Origin: the human T2T-CHM13v2.0 reference genome, Homo sapiens | Reading direction: 5' to 3' (one strand) | Assembly: GCF_009914755.1 (NCBI RefSeq) | Contig: NC_060938.1 | Length of the DNA: 64,000 nucleotides | In this document: piece by piece, positions 56,277 to 64,000 of the stretch | Position numbering within the stretch: position 1 is the first letter of the stretch | How the letters are laid out: every line of letters begins with the position of its first letter | Program-made: the position numbers and the translations under genes | Notes under the pieces: generated by a model | Databases searched by the model: none | What the model saw: the letters and a program-made list of their open reading frames with translations, nothing else | What the model was told of the DNA's origin: nothing

Positions 56277-56582
56277 TTTTTTATTTTTATTTTTTGAGAC
56301 AGTCTCACTCCGTCACCCGCTGGAGTGCAGTGGTGCAGTCTTGGCTCATGTCAACCTCCGCCTCCTGGGTTCAAGTGATTCTCATCCCTCAGCCTCTCTA
56401 GTAGCTGGAATTGCAGGTGTGAGCCACCACGCCCAGCTGGGTTTGGTTTTTTTTGCATTTTTAGTAGAGCCAGGTTTTCACCATGTTGTCCAGGCTGTTC
56501 TTGAAATCTTGACCTCAAATCGTCTACCCGCCTGAGCCTCCCAAAGTGCTGGGATTACAGGTATGAGCCACCATGCCTGGCT
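56277..56582 (-). mobile_element. AluS
   Basis: Alu consensus; TSD-like TTGAG(T/C)CAGTTCTA. Confidence 0.9.
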
Positions 56583-57025
56583 TTGAGCCAGTTCTAAGGG
56601 AAATTATTCATTTATTTTTGTCAGCTTGTAATATTGCAAATCATAGTATTTTTGAAATAACCTTCCCATGGGAATAGAGTTTATGCCCTTAAAGGGTAGA
56701 GTGCTATTATAAAGAGAGATACAAGAAGAGAGGGAGTGGGTGGCATTCCAGAGATCAGGTCTACATGAGTTGCTGCCCAGCCTTCTTGGTTCTCAAACTT
56801 GTCGGTCTGGATTGCTGTGTTTAAGGAAAGGGAATAGAACAATATACTCCCTTTCTAAAATTTTTCATTAATTGGCTACCTAACCTATGTTATGCATATT
56901 AATTTACTTAACATTTATGAAGTACTTATAATATGCTAGACACTGAAGATACTATGGTCTGAAAGATGGCAAATAATAGAGGAGAAAGAAAATCATAATT
57001 GCTATTATTTATGAAGTATTAAGTA

Positions 57026-57688
<663 letters not shown>

Positions 57689-57689
57689 T

Positions 57690-58040
57690 ATGTACCAGGT
57701 ACTTAATATTAAGGTGGCCTTTCTAATTCTCATAGAAACCCATGCAAGGTAGGCATTATCCTCTCCATTTTTCTTTAGGGTTAGTGAAGCTAAGTAGCTT
57801 GTTCGTCATCACTCAATAACAAAGTGGTTAAAATGGGATACAAGTCCACCATGGGATTGAGTCCCAGATGGGAGTTCAGATGCTGACCAGTGTTAGGATC
57901 TAAGTGCAAGTCACTTAACTCCTCTTTTCAAATGTGGACTACAACAGTTCTTATCTCATAGGGCTTTTTTGGTGTGTGTTATGTGACAGATAGGTGAAGT
58001 GGTTAGCCCAGTTACTGGCACGTAGTAATAGTTAATAATT
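57690..58040. mobile_element. Two MIR fragments (minus, then plus)
   Basis: AGGTAGGCATTATCCTCTCCATTTT..; CAAGTCACTTAAC..TCTCATAGGG..TGGCACGTAGTAA. Confidence 0.6.
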
Positions 58041-58494
58041 ATATTAGATCATACTGGCTCAAAAGCCATTAATAGTAGTTACTGCTGGTAGTTGAGTCTT
58101 ACAAAGCCATTGTTTTCTCCACATGTCTTTATGCAAATCATTAATGACAAGAGCCTAAACTGTGATAGAGAAGGTGTCCCCAGTGTTATGAGAGTATTGA
58201 AGAGGAATGGACTGCTAACCTGGACTAGGAGAGTAAGCAGACTTACAAAGATGGTGATCCTTGAGGGGTCTTGAAGCATTATTAGGAGTTAGCTGGTGGG
58301 AAAAGATAAAGAGAAGGAAGTGGGTTAGAGGAAAGTCATGGCAAAGCAAAAAGGCCCAGAAATGTAATGACTGTGTGAGGGATAGAGTCCTGAGGGTGAG
58401 ACATAGGTTAGAAAGATAAGCAGGCCAGATTATGAAGGGTCTTGCATGCCATGGGTTTTTTCCCTAAAGACAGCGGGGGAAGCAGCAGAAGGAC

Positions 58495-59170
58495 TTTTTA
58501 TTTTGGAATAATTTTAGATTTACAGGAAAGTTGTAAAGATAGTACAAAGAGTTTCCATATACCCTACACCCAGTTTCCCCGTTATTAACATCTTACATTA
58601 GTATGGTACATTTGTTACAATTAGTGATTGATTGATTTGTAATTATTACCTGAAGTTCATAATTTATTCTTATGTTCTTAGTTTTTACCTAATACCCCTT
58701 TTCTGTTCCAGAATCCCATCGAAGATACCACATTACATTTAGTTGCCTTGTTGCTTTAGGTTCCTCTTGGCTGTGACAGTTTCTCAAGATTTTTCTTGTT
58801 TTTGATGATGTTTTAGTTTTAAGAAGTACTAATCAGAAATTTTGCAGGATGTTTCTCAATTGGGATTTGTCTGGCATTTTTCTCATTATTGTACTAAGGT
58901 TATGAGTTTGGGGTAGGAAGACCACAGACGTAGAGTGCCATTTCATCCCATCCAAGGGTACATACCATCAACATGACTGATGACTGCTCATGTTGACCAG
59001 TGTTGCCTGGCGGAGTACTTTACAGTGGAAACGTCTGAGTTTGTCAGAAGTTTCAGCTGTAAAGTACTCTTCCATCTCCTGCTCCGCCCCTTTCCATACA
59101 ACCCCCTTTTTTGGAAAGAGGTCACTATGCACAGCCCACACTGAAGGGGAAGGGAGTTATGATCCATATC
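58495..59170 (-). mobile_element. L1MC 3' end
   Basis: TTTTATTTTGGAATAATTTTAGATTTACAGGAAAGTTGTAAAGATAGTACA..TATTAACATCTTACATTAGTATGGTACATTTG. Confidence 0.8.
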
Positions 59171-59221
59171 TCAGGAAGGACTTTTAACGTGGAAAGTGAT
59201 TTGATCAGAATTATGTTCCAG

Positions 59222-59703
59222 GGCCAGGCACGGTGGCTCATGCCCATAATTCCAGCACTTTGGGAGGGGAGGCAGGAGGATCAGTTGAGCCCAGGAGTTT
59301 GAGGCTGCGGTGAGCTATGGTCATATCACTGCACTCCATCCTGGACAAACAGGGCAAGACCTTGTTTCTTAAAAAAATAAAGAATGGGCTGGGCGTAGTG
59401 GCTCACACCTGTAATCCCAGCACTTTGGGAGGCCAAGGCAGGTGGATCAAGTGAGGTCAGGAGTTCGAGACCAGCCTGGCCAACATGGTGAAACCCCATC
59501 TCTACTAAAAATATGAAAACTAGCCGGGCGTGGTGGTGGGTGCCTGTAATCCCAGCTGCTCGGGAGGCTGAAGGAGGAGAATTGCTTGAACCCAGGAGAT
59601 GGAGGTTGCAGTGAGCTGACATGGTACCACTGTGCTCCAGCCTTGGCAACAGAGTGAGACTCTGTCTCAATAATAATAATAATAATGATAATAATAAAAA
59701 ATA
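59222..59703 (+). mobile_element. Alu monomer + AluSx with (AAT)n tail
   Basis: Alu consensus. Confidence 0.9.
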
Positions 59704-60786
59704 ATGAATTGTGCTTCAGAAAGATTGCTCTAGCTAGTGGAGAAACTGAATCTGGGGAGACCGAATTTAGCCTGCAACCTTTAAGACAGGACAAGATGAG
59801 AAACCATGAAGTTGGAAACTGAAGGTCAGTGGCAGCAGGGTTGGAGAGCGATGGATTTGAGAAAAGTCGAAGAGATTAGTGGATGGGGCTCAGTGGGTTT
59901 TGCAGAGTGTGTGTGCTCGAGTGCTAGTAGCAGATGAGGGGACTCCAAGATGACTTGCCAGCCATATTGCTGGGAGTTGGTGACTATACAAGTGATAGTG
60001 TTAATTTTTTTAGGTAAACAAGAAGAAACAGCTTGTTGTTGATAGTGGGAAGGGTGAATGAGAGGGCAATAAGCTGTGTCAAGATGCTTTTTGAGTTGTT
60101 CTTGGCTTATATGCGTATTCTGTCTTGAGATAAAGATTTAGAAGTCATTACCATAATAAATGTGGTTTGAGAAATTTGCAGTGTTAGATGTTATGGCATA
60201 GGAAGAGTAATTAATACCAGATGAAAAAGAGGAACCCAGGGAACACTGATGTTTAAAAAAGTGGTAGAGAAAACGTGGGGAAAGGTCAACTTTTGTTAAA
60301 ATCTCTTATTCATGTGGCTGTTTAATTCCTCTACATCACATCCTCTCTTCTGTTCACCCTGGAGGTGTAAAACACTATACCAAAGGACAGAACACACTAT
60401 ACACGTTTAGAACATTTCTTCTGAGGATAGTTACTGCTGCGGTAATGCAGGTACTGTTGTGGTGATGCTAATGAGAATAAATCTTGCTAAAATTAAGAAT
60501 CAAGACAGCTGAAGACCTATGGAAAGCAATTGACCGAACAGTACTACTTCAGGTCAGGTAAGCAGTGGCAGTACAAGAATGAAGAATGGATTCTTTGTTA
60601 CCAAGCAATTAACAATCTAGTTGGGTATTTACTGGGTAATACAATACAAAGTAAGCAATGGTAATTGGTTATGTGTATGTCAGTTGTGGCATGATAGTTT
60701 CTACCTCGGCTATCTGCTGAAGCCCTTTCTGTCTGTCTTCTCTCCCTGTCCAGCTTTGTTCTTGCCTGCCTTTTTATTTTTTACAG

Positions 60787-60860
60787 TCCCTCTCCTTTTT
60801 TGCAGGGGGGCGGGGCGGTGCTAGTGGGAGTATACATACCCCTCGTTAACCACCTGTGAT
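60787..60860 (+). other. Candidate short exon or alternative-start module containing a GC box
   Basis: Pyrimidine-rich tract 60725-60800, AG acceptors at 60786 and 60805, GGGGCGGGGC at 60807-60816, donor GAT|gtaagt at 60860/60861. Confidence 0.3.
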
Positions 60861-61218
60861 GTAAGTTAAGATTTTTTTTTAAATGTTTCTGTTTTTTAAA
60901 AACAAGTGAATAGAGCATTTATTATCATGGAGGAGAAAATCCTCAAAGAAAAAATCTGTTTAGCTTTTAAATTCTTCGTGAAATCGCTAATCTTTGAGGC
61001 GAAAAATTTTTTCCCGTAAATTTAGGAGAACATGAGATTTGAGTTTTTAAGGACTTTATAGCGTGCCTATGTTTATTGTAGATTTTAATTCCAGAGAGCT
61101 GGTGATTGGAAATCATGGACCTATTTGTTCCAATTTAAACTTTCAGCATTTAAAAAGGAAGAGATAAGAGAGAACCAGACAGGAGGTATATAGTTTGTAG
61201 AAAGATACAGATATTTAA

Positions 61219-61547
<329 letters not shown>

Positions 61548-61736
61548 TTATAGAGAGTGAACTGTTGTCAGTTGAGAATTCTTAAGCCATTTAACTTAAA
61601 TGCTAAAATACTTAATGTGGATATCATGGGGAGGAAAAATGTTCTTTACATTCTTTGGTTTTTGATCATAATGTATGGTGTCTTTAAAATCTAGGCATTG
61701 TAGCATAATGGTTAACACCACCGACTCTGTCTTCTG

Positions 61737-63830
<2,094 letters not shown>

Positions 63831-63834
63831 TTGC

Positions 63835-64000
63835 TTTTTAAATAACAGCTTTACTACAATAAAATTAACAAAACACGCAGTTCACTTATTTAAAATATGC
63901 AAAATTCAGTGGTTTTCGGTATATTCAGAGTTGTGTAACTATCACCACAAATCAAATTTAAAACATTTTATCATCCCATGAAGAAATGCTGTACCTGTTA
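63835..64000 (-). mobile_element. L1MB-like 3' end (runs off the window)
   Basis: TAACAGCTTTA..AATTCAGTGGTTTTCGGTATATTCAGAGTTGTGTAACTATCACCACA..AACATTTTATCATCCC. Confidence 0.8.

Overview
Primate (human-like) genomic DNA saturated with interspersed repeats. By eye there are about 95 Alu copies or fragments (roughly 40% of the window, about two-thirds on the minus strand), plus L1, L2, MIR, MaLR/ERVL/HERV-K9 LTRs and DNA transposon fossils (MER3, MER47-like). I see no intact protein-coding gene, CpG island or structural RNA gene, and almost every ORF in the supplied track is an Alu or low-complexity translation. The one firmly identified gene-derived element is a full-length processed RPL23A pseudogene (54341-54890, minus strand) with two frameshifts, a poly(A) tail and target-site duplications (TSDs). 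The T-rich plus strand and several plus-strand splice-site pairs suggest a large intron of a plus-strand gene that I cannot name. The most interesting observations are: a THE1 LTR that keeps a DUX4-type motif and a splice donor about 600 bp upstream of a well-bounded candidate exon; two short local templated duplications pasted into older repeats; a trimeric AluY in a tight inverted AluY pair; an LTR-int-LTR MLT1 provirus; and a long fragmented L2 that still shows endonuclease remnants. I found no convincing novel biological system. Repeat subfamily names come from remembered consensus sequences and need RepeatMasker/Dfam confirmation.
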